From contig OZ219787.1 of NCBI GenBank assembly GCA_964291285.2, forward strand, positions 2,145,666-2,209,665: DNA of 64,000 bases, read 5' to 3'. Every line of letters begins with the position of its first letter. Position 1 is the stretch's first letter. Positions 63,240 to 64,000 of the stretch are shown one piece after another. This DNA is from Alphaproteobacteria bacterium. GTDB taxonomy: Bacteria; Pseudomonadota; Alphaproteobacteria; Bin95. The translations under genes and the position numbers were made by a program. Under the pieces are notes generated by a model. That model was not told the origin of the DNA. It worked only from the letters and a program-made list of their open reading frames with translations, and made no database searches.

Positions 63240-64000
63240 ATGCGCACCAGCGGCGAGAGACAACGCAAGACGAAGGCGGCGACCAGTCCGACAATTGCAG
63301 GATCCGAGCCATTGGAAGCCGCCCGGCTGCTGCCGAACGGCGCGCGCTTCTACCGCTGCGCCCTGCAGGTCAATCCGTTCGCCTATCTCGAGCGCCACGG
63401 CAAATCGACCAACTTCCGTTCGGAGGCGGACTACAATGCGGCGATCGTCCGGGCTTGTTGCAAGGCCGGTATCGAAGTCGTGGCGGTCACCGACCACTAC
63501 CGCGTCGAGACGTCCCGGGCGCTCTTGCGGGCCTGCCGCGAGGCCGGCCTTTTCGCGTTCACCGGCTTCGAGGCGGTTACGAAGGACGGCGTCCATTTCC
63601 TTTGCATTTTCGACCCGGAGCAGGAAGCAAGGCTGGAAAGAGTGATCGGGGACTGCGGCGTCCACGATTCGAGCGCAGCTTCTCCCGTGGGAAGCCTCGA
63701 CTCTCTTGAATTACTGGCGAAGGCGCGTGAGTGGGGCGCGGTCGCCATCGCCGCGCATGTGGCTTCCAATGGCGGATTGCTGAAAACCCTCAGCGGGCAG
63801 CCCCGGATCAATGCCTGGACCTCGCCGGATCTGCTTGCCTGCGCGCTGCCGGGAGCGACCGTGAAGGCGCCGGATGGGATCCGACGAATCCTTGAGAACA
63901 AGGATCCCCAGCACCGGCGCACCCGCGCGGTAGCGGTTGTCAACGCCTCGGATGTCAACGACCCGGCGGATCTGGAGAAAGACAGCGCATCCTGCTTCAT
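63240..64000 (+). CDS. PHP-domain protein, probable N-terminus of a Ppl/TrlF-like PHP + ATPase; runs off the window
   Basis: Open frame from ATG 63240 (not in ORF track): GARFYRCALQVNP, VAVTDHY, GFEAVTKDGVHFLCIFDP, AAHV, NASDVN. Confidence 0.8.
   Translation, partial: MRTSGERQRKTKAATSPTIAGSEPLEAARLLPNGARFYRCALQVNPFAYLERHGKSTNFRSEADYNAAIVRACCKAGIEVVAVTDHYRVETSRALLRACREAGLFAFTGFEAVTKDGVHFLCIFDPEQEARLERVIGDCGVHDSSAASPVGSLDSLELLAKAREWGAVAIAAHVASNGGLLKTLSGQPRINAWTSPDLLACALPGATVKAPDGIRRILENKDPQHRRTRAVAVVNASDVNDPADLEKDSASCF

Overview
High-GC bacterial chromosome segment, most likely alphaproteobacterial (secG-pyrG-kdsA-eno, mutM/ubiE-ubiB-coaBC-dut, NDUFS4-like gene next to tRNA-Arg, REP/RPE-like palindromes). 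It carries many accessory metabolic genes, a stand-alone tRNA-Sec, an NrdR-boxed nrdA with no nrdB, and two apparently identical 2014-bp IS1634-family elements in opposite orientation: one has a CTAC target duplication, the other has mismatched flanks and truncates a GcvT-family gene. There are two defence loci: an MmeI-like type IIG R-M gene (23.2-26.8 kb) and an island from about 52 kb to the window end (orphan antitoxin, broken PIN toxin, IS5-broken C5 methylase, HTH-SNF2-DUF3883 helicase, low-GC UvrD, DUF1156 methylase, PHP-domain Ppl-like gene). The most unusual signal is that both defence loci are immediately preceded by paralogous stand-alone IS630/Tc1-type DNA-binding-domain genes with no DDE domain. 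Each has a sigma70-like promoter, a shared leader motif, a tiny Met-Thr uORF and its own tandem repeats. A promoter-led, highly structured ~550-nt non-coding region with 10-bp-phased CATGAC repeats lies at 1.56-2.15 kb. All calls are from reading motifs by eye; no searches were run.
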